Assembly: GCA_003344405.1 (NCBI GenBank)
Contig: NOWV01000127.1
Span: 1 to 64,000, forward strand
Length of the DNA: 64,000 nucleotides
Direction: 5' to 3'
DNA from: Trichoplax sp. H2
Taxonomy: Eukaryota
This document shows positions 13,801 through 29,900 of the stretch, in pieces (the first letter of the stretch is position 1; every line of letters begins with the position of its first letter). A model generated the notes under the pieces. That model saw only the letters and a program-made list of their open reading frames with translations, was not told where the DNA came from and did not search any database. A program made the translations under genes and the position numbers.

Positions 13801-16800
13801 CCCATTTTAAGTCTACTTCAACTACTGTGCTATAGATGAGAGCACAGTATTGAGTGATACTGTATCTATCTATTTTGATTTACATAAATCCATTATGGAT
13901 CATCTTGCATCAAAGTCAGTAACCTAGACGACACCAAAAACTTAAAAGGAGGTGAGAATGGTGAGAATGCGAAGAATAAGCGCAATTACGATTTGGCACT
14001 ATCGCATTGGACACGAACTGTAGAGCGAATTAAATCGATGCCTAATGGCGATGATGATGTCGAATGGATTTACAAGCTTTCGATAAATATTTTAATGCTA
14101 TAATGTCAGATTTTCCATATACTCACTCGATAATAGCAGTCCACAGAGTGTCCAGTAAGAGCAGATTTTACCTCGATTTTCATTATCAGCCTACCTTGAA
14201 ATATCTAAAGAATTGATTCTTTATACTTTAATTTTGGATGCAAGCGCTAACAGTTCTAGTAACTTCTTAAATGATTGAAATGCTTGTCAAGATACAATGA
14301 TGGACATAGGTTAAACAAAGTTAATCTTTAAATCTCAGCTGTAAGCGTTTTTAGCCTAGTATATTAGTTTTCACTGCTATAGAATGAAGCATAATGTGGC
14401 ATTACATACTAGCATGTATACAGCATTACTACCGTAGTATCAAAAGGCATACATAAATCGATCAAGTTTGCTAATTTCTGTAATAACTACACTAAGGATA
14501 GAGCTGTTAGGGAATAATTATAAACGGTACTATATCTTTATATTCATATTGCTAAAGCATCGGCTCTATTTTATCTGTGAATGAATCAAGTTTGTTCTTT
14601 TTCGGAAAGATCGCACAGAGGATAGACCTGTCAAGATATGATTATAATCCGCAAAAATTCTATCCGTTTAATAATGTCGCTGCCTTGATCTTTTATTAAC
14701 TCTCCTTTTGTTAATTTTAGGCTAACCGAAAAAAAGCAATTTGGAAGTTCTATTTTTTAACACTCAGAGCAAGCAAGTTATTAACAGTGAAGTAATATTT
14801 GCTCCCAGCAAATTATCTGGCTCAAAGAGCATGATATTTCTTATTCTATGATTCACGCAGATATTAGTGATCGAAATGATCATAGAAACTGATATTTGAT
14901 CAGTATTGAGGTTTATTTCTCAGCCAGGCATAAGTTATGATGGCAAGAAATAAGCATCTGCCGTACTGACGAAGATAAAATCTTAAAAAGCTAGTAAATA
15001 ACTGTCTATTCGATTTTGTATGCATTGATAATAGATAGCATTACAATCCTTGTGACAGAATTAATTAATCAAGATGAAAAGGCAGCGTAAAATTAAAGAT
15101 TATATTTTGAGAGCAAAAATAACAACAGTTGAAATTGAGATATCAGCTATGTCCATAAAGTTTTTCTTTCTAATTTGCTCTTTTTACTGTTTGGATCTAT
15201 TTTGTTTATTAATCGACTTAAATAGTGCTTAAAGTTTTAAATACTGTAGGTCTTACTTCACTGATTAGTTAACGCTAATTGAAGTTCATATCTTTTCTAT
15301 GTAGAATCATCACAGCTATATCTTTACTGCGCCAGTCTTTCATTCAAATCCAATATTTGTCAAACAAAGATTAAATGAATATAAACTATCTTTAATGGTA
15401 TAGGAATAGAAAGAGTGTCTTGTTGATGGGAATTATCACAATAGTTACTCAATTTAATCACCATGCTCATATTCAGGGCTTGTTACTGTGATTATGCATT
15501 TTGGAACGGGTAAGCAACAAGTGTTGAACGAAGTATTGATAAGTCAAGCAATGAATATGATACAAACGCTGCTTCAAAATGGCCACCAGTGATGAATTCT
15601 GAACGTTTTGGTTATCGTGATTATAGTTAGTACCGATATGCGTGTGCTTATCGCTATATTGTGGCCAACAGTGGCAGTTTAGAGCGATACTGCTATATTG
15701 GATTATGAGCATATACCTTTGAGTGCTGCATAAACTACTCGAGAGTTATTAGGATCAGTCGCCTCGAGGAAGGCGCATTGCTAGTTTCGATTTACAAATG
15801 TAAAGTACTAATAATTAATGAATCTTTCTAGATTTAAATGCGATCGAGTGTCAGTAGTTAGTATTCGCGAGCAAAGAACCGTAGCTGGAGTACCTCTAGC
15901 AGAACGGCTAGATAGCGAGCCTCTACAGATTGTAACAACCAGCAAATTGCAACTTTGCTCAGGTTTATTGCCGTTATTTCAAATTTTAGCAAAACTATAG
16001 ATATATTTACTGCACTACGGAAAATAGAATCTATTGGCTAACTAATTAGATTTTGTAATTATTCGAGGCTAAGCAGAAATACATATAGCCTATACATCTG
16101 GTCTTTAGCATGATATAACGAAACGATATAACGATCCGATGTAATATTCCTGAAAGTGTCCATTTTACTGTTAATCTTTAATGCAACTAGGGTTTTGAAT
16201 TACATAAGCGCAGTCTATCGAAATATAGAAATAGAATATTTATAGAATGATTCGTTTAGTGAGACCTATCTTAGTATAGTAAAGTCGTAGGTAAAGTAAA
16301 TGAATAGGACTGATAATAGGATACTAGATTGATCGATTTGTCGTGCTTCTTCTTCGGTTAGATACTTGAATCATGTTTACATTGATATTCGTATTGTAGA
16401 GACAGACATTTGTTATCATTTATTTATTATTCAACTGCAAGATACTTTGCAATAAATAACGTAATACAACAAGCGGCAATAGTATAATCGCTGCAATACA
16501 TGGGAATTAGAACATTCAACATTAATATTGCAAAATTATGGCATTATCTCTTTGTTTTGTTTTAGCGTTAGCGTTATTATATTTTCTGCGAAGAGTATTA
16601 CTAAGATACATGTTATGAGTTAGAAATCACTTAGATTATGATTATGTATTAAATATGATATCAACTATGGTTGCAAGAAATCTCATTCGTACGGCATAGT
16701 GTGGGAGGTTAGAGAGTTATTAATACAGTATAATACAAATATTTTAATTAATTATAAATTATGCACGTTATGTCAATGTCGCATTCACATCGTGAATATT

Positions 16801-19800
16801 GTATAATTGTATATCTTCTTATTCTTCGAAGCTATCACTAAATAATAAAGAGCTAGCGATATAACGCCCTTCCTCCAGGTTTTCTATATAATAGTGATTA
16901 TCACTCTCCAATCATCATAATAATAGGAATGATACTAGTCAGATTGGGATTACTATGTTATGATAAAGTGATCTTCTTATTAATAATAAAACAAACTTCG
17001 GTTTCTAGTAAATTCACTTTATTACATAGATTAGTTTCGCCTTACAACTACCAAGAACTTTCTAGCTTCAATAGGACTATATGAATTACAGTGAAAGCTT
17101 GCGGTTTATATACCCTTTGTTACAGAATGAATTTTACGCATCGCTGTGCGACTCTCGTAGTATGCGATCCTTAGACACATTATCATGATTGGTATAGAAT
17201 TGACCATAGTACTAAGGACATTGTACCGCACTGTCGATATCTTATAGTACCTGCTAATCTTAACTTGGTATGTCCATCACCGTACATTAGTTATCATCAT
17301 GTGCTTTGGACCATTAACTAATCTTAATATAGCATTTCATCCGTGAATGCATTATTGAAAAGTAGTATTCTGGAAGCATAGCTGTGAATATAGTAGTGCC
17401 TGGCTATTACCGGGATATAAATAATGTCGAATGGTAATACTATCTGTTAATTATTAACAAATAAGTACATCTGACAGGTCTATCAAATGGTAATACTATC
17501 TGTTAAATGAGCACATTATCGTAAACCGTCAGCAAAGCGACGGGAGTTTGCACTAGTACAATCTAATATACGAGCACTACTACTCTCGTACAGTCTTACA
17601 ATCACAATCCAAGCTATATTTGGAGCTGCACTGCTGTACATAGTGTAATCCTATTTCCAACAATGCTTTAAACACCAATCATGAACTAGATCGCGTAATA
17701 CATATGCCATTTTTGCGATCTTTTCTTGTGTTAAAACATTTATGTGAAGTAACCTGAAGAGATAGACAAGAACTATTGTTTTGTAACTAAACACATGTAC
17801 TTTATATGTATGCATATTTCATATTGGTCAAATTAGACTAATACATTGTATACCGTAGTACCTAACAAAAATTTAAGCTAACTAACGCATATGATTCATA
17901 TTCTAGTTAGACATCTTCAGTTACTAGTTTATAATATCAATTTTACTGCATCAATAAATTGCATTAGCCATGGTTATAGACATTGATATTATCGATAGAG
18001 TTCTTACTTTATGTACGGTCATTACAATAGTCTGGACGTCAAACTGCTACTTTTATATTATATAGAATAGAGAAAAAATCATCGATCCTTCTATTGTCTT
18101 TAGTTATTTGTTTTAACATCATTCACTTAAATTTACTGCTGTCTCGAAGGAATATAAGGAATAAACGCTGTAATTGGATTATGGATTTAGGATAATAAAA
18201 GGACATGCTACGCAAAGAAAACTGTCGACGTTAGCCTAATGATATGTGTGGAAGCTAACTTGAAAGAGGATAAATCTAAAAGCAAGGACAAAATAGTCCA
18301 TTTCTTTACATGTTAATGGAATCAGTTATGAACTTTATCAATTACAAATTTTGGTAAGGTCAAAGTTCAGTACAGAATGCTATGAACAACGACAATTGTA
18401 ACCACTACTATGGGTGTATTTTTATTCCATCTTATTATTGAAACTATCAAGTTGCCAATAACCTATCAGAATTTCCTAAATTGTAGAATGGAGCCTACTG
18501 TAACAGATGAACATTGATTAATTATTAAATTAGAGTAATGTCCTGCCTTACTAGCGGTATTCTAACGATCAAACAATAAATCCTATCTCATTAATTATAG
18601 CGACCTTCTAGAAAATTTTAAGCTCAGTATATTTTAAAGCATAAAATATTTCATTAATACACTCGCCCCATTTGTTATTTGTGCCAATGAACTGCAAATA
18701 TCTTAAGCACACACAGACTGTATCATGCAGATACTAATAGGACGTCCATCAAACAGACTTTCTAGGAAAGATGTTGTAATTACCTGAATAGCAACAATTA
18801 CAATGATTGAAAGCGTAAAACAGCACGACTACGAGAATTGTCTAGTCACTTGGTGATTCTAGAAATCATCTCACTGCTTCTAATCCATCGCTAATAATTA
18901 CAATTGATTTACAAATACACAGACAGAGTCAGTAACTACTCAGAAAAATCCCCCTCTGTGATCCACCTATATGAATTATTAGTATTTTATATAAGAGGAT
19001 AACATAGAGAAAAGAATTCTTAAATAATTCCTGACAGAGCACATAACTGAAAAATTCGATTTCAACAATCTTTGCTAACAAATTAAACACGGTAAGAAAA
19101 TGATTTAGTTCGCCATAAGTACAACATAAGTATTAATCGAAATGATTTATTTGGCTAATTTGAATTAAAGCAGTATATTATACTTCTCGCATAATGTACT
19201 GCAACTACCTGTATCAGTCTCAATTTAAATCATAAACATTATATTAAAATTATAAAGTGTTGCTTTTCTAAGCTCGATTTTCCTTCAGTTACGGACTATC
19301 CTTGCTATTTGACTACGTGAATCGTCATTATTCCTACTCTTAATGTGAATGCTAACGTACTACGTCACTGATATATTTGCCGATATTTAATTAATAACTG
19401 TTTTCGCTATAAATTATGTAGCGTACAAAACTACTGTAATTAGCTGAAATCACTACACTATGCTAAGGATTATATTGTGCACTAACATATATGTTTTACT
19501 TAATTAACACTAGTCCAATCTACTTCATTCGAAGAAAAAATAAGTCCTCATTAAAATTCGGAACAATTTCATTGCAGTCATTTGCCCGTACTAGTTACGA
19601 AAATGTCACGTCTCCCTCTTGATACAAAGCCATATTGATTCGTTTCTATCTCTAACTAAGAACTGTAATTGTAAAAGCTTGCATAGCTGCAATCGCCTAC
19701 TTTAATTGCTGTTTCTCAACTGAAAAATACTTAAAATATAATCCACACATTACAAACTAAACTTATATTAGCTTCAATAAATTGGACAGTGAGTAATCAT

Positions 19801-20932
19801 ATGTGTATTAAATATACAGTAACTTGAATCCGAATTTCGGGTTTAAAATTATTTTTCTAGTCACAACTTTTAGTTGACTCTTGGCCGTGATCTCGCCAGC
19901 TCTCAGAATTAGCTAGTATGCCATTATTAAAAGTTATACAACGACTGCACATGTACGTGTATTCACTCTCAGTACAAATCGCAGCTAAATCTCAGGATTA
20001 AAATCACTTAAATAGTTGTTACTGTAGTTGATTTTTGACTATGCCTCGCTTATGAAAAAAATGTTGACACGCCCTTTCAAGAACTTCTGTATTCTCACTC
20101 AACAAGAATTAAATCTAAAGTTTCTTAAATTGCAGTTATTTGGATCGAAATCTACGATTCTTGATTCTTTCATTTTTTGGCCCATTATAGGCCACTTTAG
20201 CTTCTTAACGCTATCAAAAATCTACCGCCATAATTTATTATAACCATGGAAAGGGCCAGTTTGATAACAGAATAGATCATATTTATTTATTCGTTATGGC
20301 AATGCTAGAGGAAATACTGTAGATTGTTACGGTGCTATTGCTATAGTGCGGCATTTGCGTCAATATGAATTATTCCTTCATCCCCTCCAGTTAATTAAGC
20401 GAAGTAATTCTCAAATGCTCTTGTTCAATTGCTTTATATATTGTATTGAAAGTATTGCTGGCATACTAAATGATCTCATACAGAAATGAACTCAAATTAT
20501 CATCATCTAACCGTTCCTTTATCCTTGTGAATAACGAAAAGAATAGTCTCATTAAAAATCATTAGTTTAATTAATAGCAGGTTTATTGGTAGCATCATAG
20601 AATAATAGAATAATAGGGCTGACAGTATTTAGTAATATGTAATTAATGGCTTTGCTTCTAAATTACAGTAACAACTACTACAATGTGCAAAGACTAAATA
20701 TTAAAATGAGTTGAAGTTGTTGATCAGCAAAAACATGACAAAGCAGTGCCGTACCGTCGCTAATATTTTGTCAAACCGTGGATGTTATTTTAATGATGAA
20801 GCGAATTGCCTTCTATCTTTCATAAAACAGCACTCGTTGATAATATCATTATTAATAATAAATCATAATCTATTGTAGATCGTCAAAGAAATTGGTAGCT
20901 GACGATTGAAGGAAGATACCAGCAGTCCAGCT

Positions 20933-23900
20933 ATGAAAATAATCAAGTTGTTATCACTGGTCATCATTTCTATCCACTGTATTTTTACAGTTCAAGCGCA
21001 AAGTAAAATATTATGATCAATTAAACCCTTTAAGAAATTAAAGTAGTGACTTAAATCGTCGGTAGATAAATAGATATTGAAGGGAAATAAGTGGAACTTG
21101 TATTTTCTAAAGTTAATAGTAGAATGCTGCCTAGCAAAATTTTGCTTTATGTATATTTTTCCAGTATGGTATGAATAGCATCTTATTTCTTAGTTCTATA
21201 CGCAAAGCACTCGTACTGTGAACTAGGTATGTTAATTAATCGGTCTATTCGATTAATAAGGCTATTGAACATCAGTTCAGCATCTATACTGTCTATTAAC
21301 TAGGCTAGGCTTTATTACGATACTAGGAAATAGGGAAATCACTAGGTCTAGAGTTCACTACATGGATAATTCTATAAAATGTGATGTTGAAAAATGATCA
21401 CAGTTACCGATGGGAATAGAAGAGTAAAGAATTAGTTATGAAATTGACTGCGTTATTCTAACATGTTATGATCACGCATATTGTACAGAGAACAGCACTG
21501 ATAGGATATGTAATAATAATTATTAACAACTAAATCAGGTAGTTATCGAAATTCTATGCTAGGATACGCTACTGTACTTGTTTGTCTTGATAAAATGAAA
21601 TTTCGGTTATACTGTTTATTCGTAAATCAGATAGCTATCGATTTTGGATTCCAGTCGCACCTAAATTATATCTACTAACACTGAGTTATCATGATTATTA
21701 AAGTTTAAAATAATTACCGGTACAGTATACCCTACTACACGATTCCATTGCAAGCAAACCAGATAGCGTAGTCGTCGATTTTGATAACTTTGAAATTAGA
21801 TTCGTCTGATTCGATATTGTTATTGAAGTTGATAATTATACCCGTATGCTAGCATTCCCTTATTACATGATGTACTAAAGGACGTATTTACTGACAACCT
21901 TACTGATGTTTATTGATCGCTTTTATAGTATCGCGGCAAGGTGATGTTCACGAATCTAGCCGTGGCAGAGAATTTAACGTCGTCATCATGTATGATGCCC
22001 CACTGTTCAATAGGATACATATAACCTCCTTCGATCATCCATGTGAAGTCATTGTAACTACTAAAGTCGATAATAAGGCTACATCTTATTCGATACCCGC
22101 ATGGGAAACTTTGACTATAACCCCGAGTATAAGCACTACACTTCAAACTATCGGAGTTTCCAGCAGAATTATAAACATCTTTGCCGATCAAGATGTTTCT
22201 GTAGGAGTATACCAATCCAGGTCGACGAAACAAGATGCATATCGTGCATTACCAGTCAGAACATATGGCAAAGAGTATGTTATAGGGCTATACAATAGCA
22301 CAATGGGAAATTCGCGATTTAGTATTGTAGCAACCGAAGACAACACTGCCATTAGTATACGTACTTCAGCTACGTTAACATTCAATTCACAAACTGCATC
22401 CTTAACTGATCCGGTCAATATCACCTTAAATAAACATCAAGTCTTCTATTATAGTGCTTTCACAGATTTTACCGGTACACAAGTCTCAGCTAATAAACCA
22501 ATAGCCGTATTTGGTAACAATATGTGTGCAGCGTTATTGGAAGGGCAATCTACATGTAATTACTTAATTGCTCAATATCCATCCGTGGAACGTTTAGGGA
22601 GAATTTATGTCCTCATTATTAATAATCAAAGAGTCGCTGATGTATACCGCGTTATTGGAGCATATGATAACACTGTTATCACAGCAACACAGCTCAGCTT
22701 GTCTACTACTATCAATAAAGGGAATTATTACGAATTTACTCTCACAATTCCAAGAGCTACAGTATTACAATGCAGTGAACGTTGCTTACTCATGCATTAC
22801 GATCGAGGCGTAAAAAGTGCTGGTTCTCCAAGTCAACCATCCATGAACATTGTGCCTGCAGTCGATCAATTCATGACTAACTACTTCATGTACATTAAAA
22901 GAACATCTCCGCTCTATACTGCATATCCATTTATAACTATTATTATTCTAACTAGTTATAAAGATGGAATTCGTCTAAATAATCAACCACTCAGTTCCCA
23001 TGGCGTAATATGGTATGAACGAGCAGCAGCAGGTGCTACTTATGCTATCACATCCACCACCGTTTCTTCGAGTGGTAATGGTTATTTTATCAAGCATATC
23101 ACGCCCAATGTGAGATTTGGATTAATAGAACACAGTGAATCAACTAGTAGGTCATTAACTAGCCTATCTGGTGGTTTCCAATTTCCCGCAACCTATCGCT
23201 GTAAGCTTATTAATAATACAGTAATTACTATTTTAAAACAGTGTTGCTTATGGATACTAGCGTGATTAAATTACAATTATGAAACTGCGTTCTAATGGTA
23301 GCATCAGTAAATATTATGGTAGTGCAATTAATTATTGATGTCTTATTTTGATTTTAGCATTTATTACTGTGGTTGAAAATCCAATAGCACAAATAGTACA
23401 TGAAAATCAAGGATTTAACTTAACCTGCAGTGCAATCGGTTATCCATCATTATCCGTTGTTTGGTATAAAGATAATATACTGATCACCGCGAATGTGCAA
23501 AGAGCTCCATATTCTGGCAATTCAACATTAACTGTTACCTCAAGTTCTTCTAGTAATGCTGGATCATATTATTGCCAGTTCTGCACTAGTATTGGCTTAC
23601 TAAATAGTGCATCAGCTCAAATTATTGTCTACAGTAAGTGTTACATTTATCATTAGTAATTTTATCATCTCTATAATCCGTGCCAATAATTCTGCTTACT
23701 CTTTATAATAGCCAAACCTGTTGTCAAATCAATTATTGGTAACATTTCTCCAATAGCTGGACATAATTTGGTCTTAACTTGTGACTATACCTCTAACAAT
23801 AATGCTACTGTTACATGGTTGAAAGATAATATCGTAATCGCTAGAGATACTTATTTTAATCTAACTACACTTCGAATACAAAACGTATCCTTGGCCGATG

Positions 23901-26900
23901 CAGCTAATTATACTTGCTCCGTCGAAAATTTGATTGGAACACACAATTTTACCGCAATAGTAACAGTCAGAAGTAAGTTAAATTAACGATATTTTATCTA
24001 GATTCGTTATTAGTAATTGTATTTGTAGCAATGAAGACAATGGCTCTTACTGACATGTTAAAATAATAACTTTAGCGAATTGTGATTATGGCCCGAATCA
24101 CTTAATAATTTTATCTTGAATATTACATACAAGAATACACTCGTGCTGTAGTCACTAGTTATTAGATAGAATGACATCATACAGACTGTCTTAACCTCCC
24201 ATAAAACTGAAATGAGATTAGCAGCTATGCTTTGACCTGAATTCTCTCTTCATTTTTCTTCCGAACAATTACACTGCAGCGTTTTATATCTTCATTCTTA
24301 TTTACATCAAAATCTCCAAACACTGTTATATAGTATTCTTATATATGTATTTTATAGTAATAGAACTAGTACAGTATGTAATATACTCGTAGAGTATTAG
24401 ATATTATAAGATACTCTATTGAGAGTAAGCAGAACACTACAGGATGTAAGGACTCAACAAGATAGATGAATAAAGTTACAAGAAATCAGCTCAGTTATAT
24501 AGGATTATGATAACTTGTTTACACATAACATACACGAAGTAAATAGATGGTAAATAGATTTAGTCTATGATAATGTCCTATAAGAGATAAATTTACTGGT
24601 ATTTGTTAATATTACCATCTCATAGGAAGACTTACGATTAATCTCACATTTACATAGAATCAATATCATTAGAATAACGATAATATGTCTATATTCGTAT
24701 AATAATATCAATAGCAAATAACTATTACAATGCCAAACAGTAAACATGTTGATCATAACATCATAGTAAATAGCCAGTATGTTACACCGTATACGATACA
24801 GTAGTCTCCCGACAAAGTTATAGTGCAGCCTACGAGTATATAGATACAAAGAGTTATACAACGAGATAATTATAGGAGGCAATTGTAATCCGTAACATAT
24901 TGCTATCGCTAACTGTAAATTAAAGTTATAAATACAACTTAGATCTTAGTACACTATGTAACTGCTACGTATGATTCACTCATGGCTAGATAACTTGGGA
25001 TATAATCGAGAGAGGCGATCTGTATTAGAATTATAAGGCCACTTTGAAATTTAGTTTCATACATAAATGTTAATATAATAATTAGAAACAATCAGCGACC
25101 ATCTAAGAAAGATGTTTATTAGGGTTGTATACAATGTAAGCCAAGCTAGAAGCTTCTGATCAGTATATAGCTCAGTTTTAATACTTTCAGGTAAATATTT
25201 TAACATTCATAATTAAGCACCAAATTATGGCTAAGCACACTTTTTCTATAGGGCTATATTCAAGTTCATGCTTTAACAATGTGTGAGATATGTAGGCAAT
25301 CGGCCTCTCTTCATTATTAGAATTCTTTTCTGCCGATTGAGTACCGATAACAATGTCGGAAATATCGATTTAGAATATGTACAGGCGGCGTAGATTAGCT
25401 ATCTCAGAACAGAGATCTCAGTCAATGTTGTCTTGAAGATTTCGTATGCTTGATCGCTCTTGACTGAACATTCCACCCTTTCATCCTTTGCCTTCTACAA
25501 AATACTTGTTAGTAAAGCGAATATCGTGACGAATTGCGAGGCTGTCATGCAGTCGATGCCGATACATAGAATCATACAATAAGATAATAAGAAGCGCTAG
25601 TAATCTGTAATAAAAGTAATAGGACATTATCGTAATTATCAAATTAATAAAACTATCGCTTAGTGACGATATTAAATCATCGGGCTACGATAACAAAAAA
25701 TTTCACAGTAAAAGATCATTTTCAAATAAATGTGGTTAAGACACCATCGCAATATATTTAGATTTAACCCAGAACTAACATCGCTCGTTAATACTATCTG
25801 TAGTATTTACTTATATCGTCTTTCTTGTGTACAATGAATCTATTTTAGTATTGAAGAATCAGAATCGTCATTCTATTACAGAATTATGTTCAAAAGTAAC
25901 ACCAAATATTATATTTTCATCGGTGATGACTACATCTTAAAGCATTGTAGAAATAACTTGAGTTCATAATCATAGAATTATTGCGATAATCTAATTTTAT
26001 GCATATAGTACCAGACCTAGATTACAAGTATTAGCAGTAAAGATGTAACAGAATTCAGATTGTAACCATCTTGAATCAGAAATACTATTGATGATCACAT
26101 AGCATTGTGCGCATCTGTAATAAGATCATAAATTTTATTAATATGATGTAATTTATCGAAAATCAGCTTGTCAGTACCATTTTAATACGCTTAATTTAAA
26201 CATTAACGATAGAACTAATTATGCTGAATCAAATCAGGTCTTCTCTTTATTATAAAAAAAGAACTGTTAACTGCACGAGTATACAGAAACAACTAGTGGG
26301 CTTATAATTTGACACTGTATTAGATACGGTATCGAGTGTCATCAAATAATTAGCAGTTTGGTACTCTTTCCTAACATAATCACAAAAATCCACCTTAGTA
26401 AAATATAATTTCGATCATGATTTAATATTTTAATATGATTAAACTCAGTCTTATAGATTTGTAGTACTGTAAGACCTAATTTCATAGAATTGAATTCTAA
26501 TAACAGCATAAAATTCTAATATTCCACATCATTCTTTATTAATACTACATAATCTACGGATAGTCACTAGTCACTAGTCACTGGAATAGACTAAGTGTTT
26601 CCTAGTATCTAAATAAAGTTGGATAGCACCATAGGAAAACAAAGTGTAGTCTAGAATAATATCCATTTTATATCAGAATTCTTCATGTATTAGTATTTAT
26701 TATTATCGTAATATTTGACATATTTCATAACATAGAGAGCAGAAAGAATATTTTAATATCGAACGTAATTCGGCATTGAATTACGAAAGAATTCCTTTGT
26801 GAATTTTTTTAATAAAATATTTCATATTCAATTTTTGCTACGAAACAGTTATAGCTATCTTTAGTTACTTCTAACCAAATTCTATATCAATCTTATCTGC

Positions 26901-29900
26901 TAAATTTACTTTAGTTAGTCCATTTATTGTCCAAAATCCATTGAATGTTACCATCGACTCTGGTGATACATTTAAACTAGTATGTCAAATACAAGGCGAA
27001 CCTAGTCCTACTATTTCTTGGCTTAAAGATAACAAAAAATTACTGGACTCCTCTTATTCCACTGAGCCGAGCGGGTTGTCTACTCTACTTATAAATAATA
27101 CGTCAATTTCGGACAGTGGCAGTTATAAATGTAGAGGACAAAATTCTGCTGGCGCGAGTACGACAATGGATGCAATTGTGATTGTTTATTGTAAGTCTGC
27201 CAGAATATTGATATTTACTGCGTAATTGATAAAGACTTACAAAATAGCCAATAGAAGATGTTACTATATTCCAACACTAATCAATAATTATATGATCTTA
27301 ATATAATAGTCATTTATCTAATGTAGTTAATATCATATGCACCAATTTTTGTAATTATGACGTTCTTCTAATAACCTGTGAAATCATCACATTAGATGCT
27401 CCAAAAATACTCCTTAATCCTAGCAATACTACTATTGTCGAAGGCGATAGAATCGAACTGCAATGTACAGGAACTAGTTTACCGATCTTTAGCGTAACAT
27501 GGCTCAAAAACAATCAGCCAACGACTTCTGATTTCACTACCTATACTAATGCAAGTAGTACCAATCGTACGGCGACACTCGTTATCTTCTCAGCTAATAT
27601 TGGCGATGACGGATTTTACCAGTGCAAATTAACTAACAGACTTGGAAATATTACTAGTATGGCTAGCCGGGTTGAAGTTCAATGTAAGTGAATCAGACAA
27701 GTACCCGTAATTATCACTTGAAATTGATTTACTATTATATGAAACACGCCATGGAGAATAATTTGATTGACTGCGAGAAAACTTAGTCTAACTAAATGTT
27801 TGCCAGATAAATTGTACGCTATCTATATTAAAATAACTTTTCATAACTATTCTATTTTGTAAGTATAATTGTTACTCATTTTAAAAAAATTCAATTTATC
27901 CGAAACATATAGACATATTTTAATTTAAGTATCAGTTATATCAGCTGAAACACATATAATCAACTGCATCGCGTCGATTTACTGCGATGAATGCACAAAA
28001 ACCTTTTATGAAACAATAACTTTAATGCTCAAAATCTGATATATATCATTGACAGTTAGATTTTAAACAATTACTAATATGGACATCTATATTCTTTCTA
28101 CTACATATTATTGAAAATACGTGAATGATGTACCCGATTCTACAGTTGCACCTCGTATTATAACAGCACTTACATCCTCTAGCCAATCAGTTATAGAAAA
28201 TAGCGCAATAATATTAAATTGCCAAGCAAACGCAAATCCTGTACCCACTTTTACATGGTATAAAGATGGTATCGAAATTAATAGAACAACTTACTTATCG
28301 ATATCGTATAACCAAAGCCAAATATTGTTAACCAACGTAACTGAGATGGACGCTGGAAGCTATAACTGTACCAGTACCAACCTTATTGGTAGTGCTAGCA
28401 GTAATATGGACATTACTGTGTACAGTAAGTCGATCAGTATTATAGACTAATAAGCCCAAATGACCTGTGTTCTCTTAAGCTGTGTGCTTAGGCAACATCA
28501 TAAGGTATTATAAATCAAAATTTGCATTGATTATTAATGAAATATAAAATATTTTGTGATCATTTTTAATGGTGTAGCAAAACCCTTCGTGATCGCTTCG
28601 CCACAAAGTGCTAATATCTACGTAGGTACATCTATATCCTTGAACTGTAGCAGCGATGGCTATCCACAGCCGAATATTACTTGGACACGAAATGGTGCTG
28701 TCATTACATCATCAAATGATCAAGAAATACTATCGCTTATTAATGTTACAACCGAACAGTCCGGAAAATACCAATGTTTATTTCGAAATGCTGCTGGAAA
28801 TATATCAAGCAATGTTGCTACCATTATCGTCTATAGTAAGTTCAAGTAATACCAGACATTGTAAATTTATGTTACTACTTACCTACTAGCATACTAGTCT
28901 ATAGCATGTCTAACTTTTCGATCCAAGTAAGAAGTAGCTTAGGTCTGTTATTGGTATGACAATATCTCGTAAAGTAGCAAATGGCTAACTTACTATCGGT
29001 AGCAAAATGTCAAATAAATTTTCAGTATATTTACAATTTTATTGCCGAGATACATGGTTAAGAATTGGCGTGATCTTAGTGATTTCTCTGTGGATGTCAA
29101 ATTTGTTCATTTTGACTGGACTTTAGAAAGTGACTTCTTGCTTGAAGTATAATCGCTCATTTAAACATTCTAACTGCTTAGCCAGTCTAGTAGTATAAAT
29201 TGTAAATGGCAAACAATCAAATTGTCTTCTTTTCTTATACAATGTTTAGTTTAAATGTCATGTATTGAACTGGAGTTTCTAACTTTAATTAATTATAGCT
29301 GCATTGGTTGTAACCTCACCGAACACAATAGTAGATGCTCCTATCGACCAAAAATTCAGCTTGATCTGTAGTTGTTCAGGCATACCTCTTGCTACTACAG
29401 CTACTTGGAAAAGAAATGGCACTGTCTTAAATAACCTTAATTATTCTATCTCTATTAACAAAATCGCTTCATCATCGGTTATGACCACGTTAACTATTGA
29501 TGCATCAACCCACGAAGACGCTGGCAATTATAGCTGTGCTATGTCAAATAATTATACAAGCAGTAATACTGAACTTATTTCACTTACAATATTAGGTAAG
29601 CAATCAAGACCCACTATTACAATTATTTCAGTCATGAAACCTTAGCAGAGCCTATATTATCACCATACTATATCTTACACCTAAAGATTGTCACGTCAAA
29701 AATTTAGTCTACTATTTTAATACGATACGGGTAGTCAAGTTTTAGTTTACTGTAATATTAAAAGACTCCGTTAATGATTAGTTTTATATATTATACTGTA
29801 GATGGAATACAGCTTGATCCCATAGTATATAAAACAATTTAGATAGACGTATAAAATCAGTGAAATATTCACCTCAGTATATTTCAACAGTACAATTAAA

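Noticed and set aside
10900-20870. 10-kb stretch searched for hidden genes or a transposase
   Set aside because: Only short non-homologous ORFs were seen, with no convincing exon chain, terminal inverted repeats or DDE motif. A non-coding 5' exon of the aGPCR (donor-like site at ~19092, acceptor at ~20878) is possible but unsupported.
21910-22424. Minus-strand ORFs overlapping the IgGFc-binding exon
   Set aside because: They are antisense shadows of a strong coding exon with no independent features.
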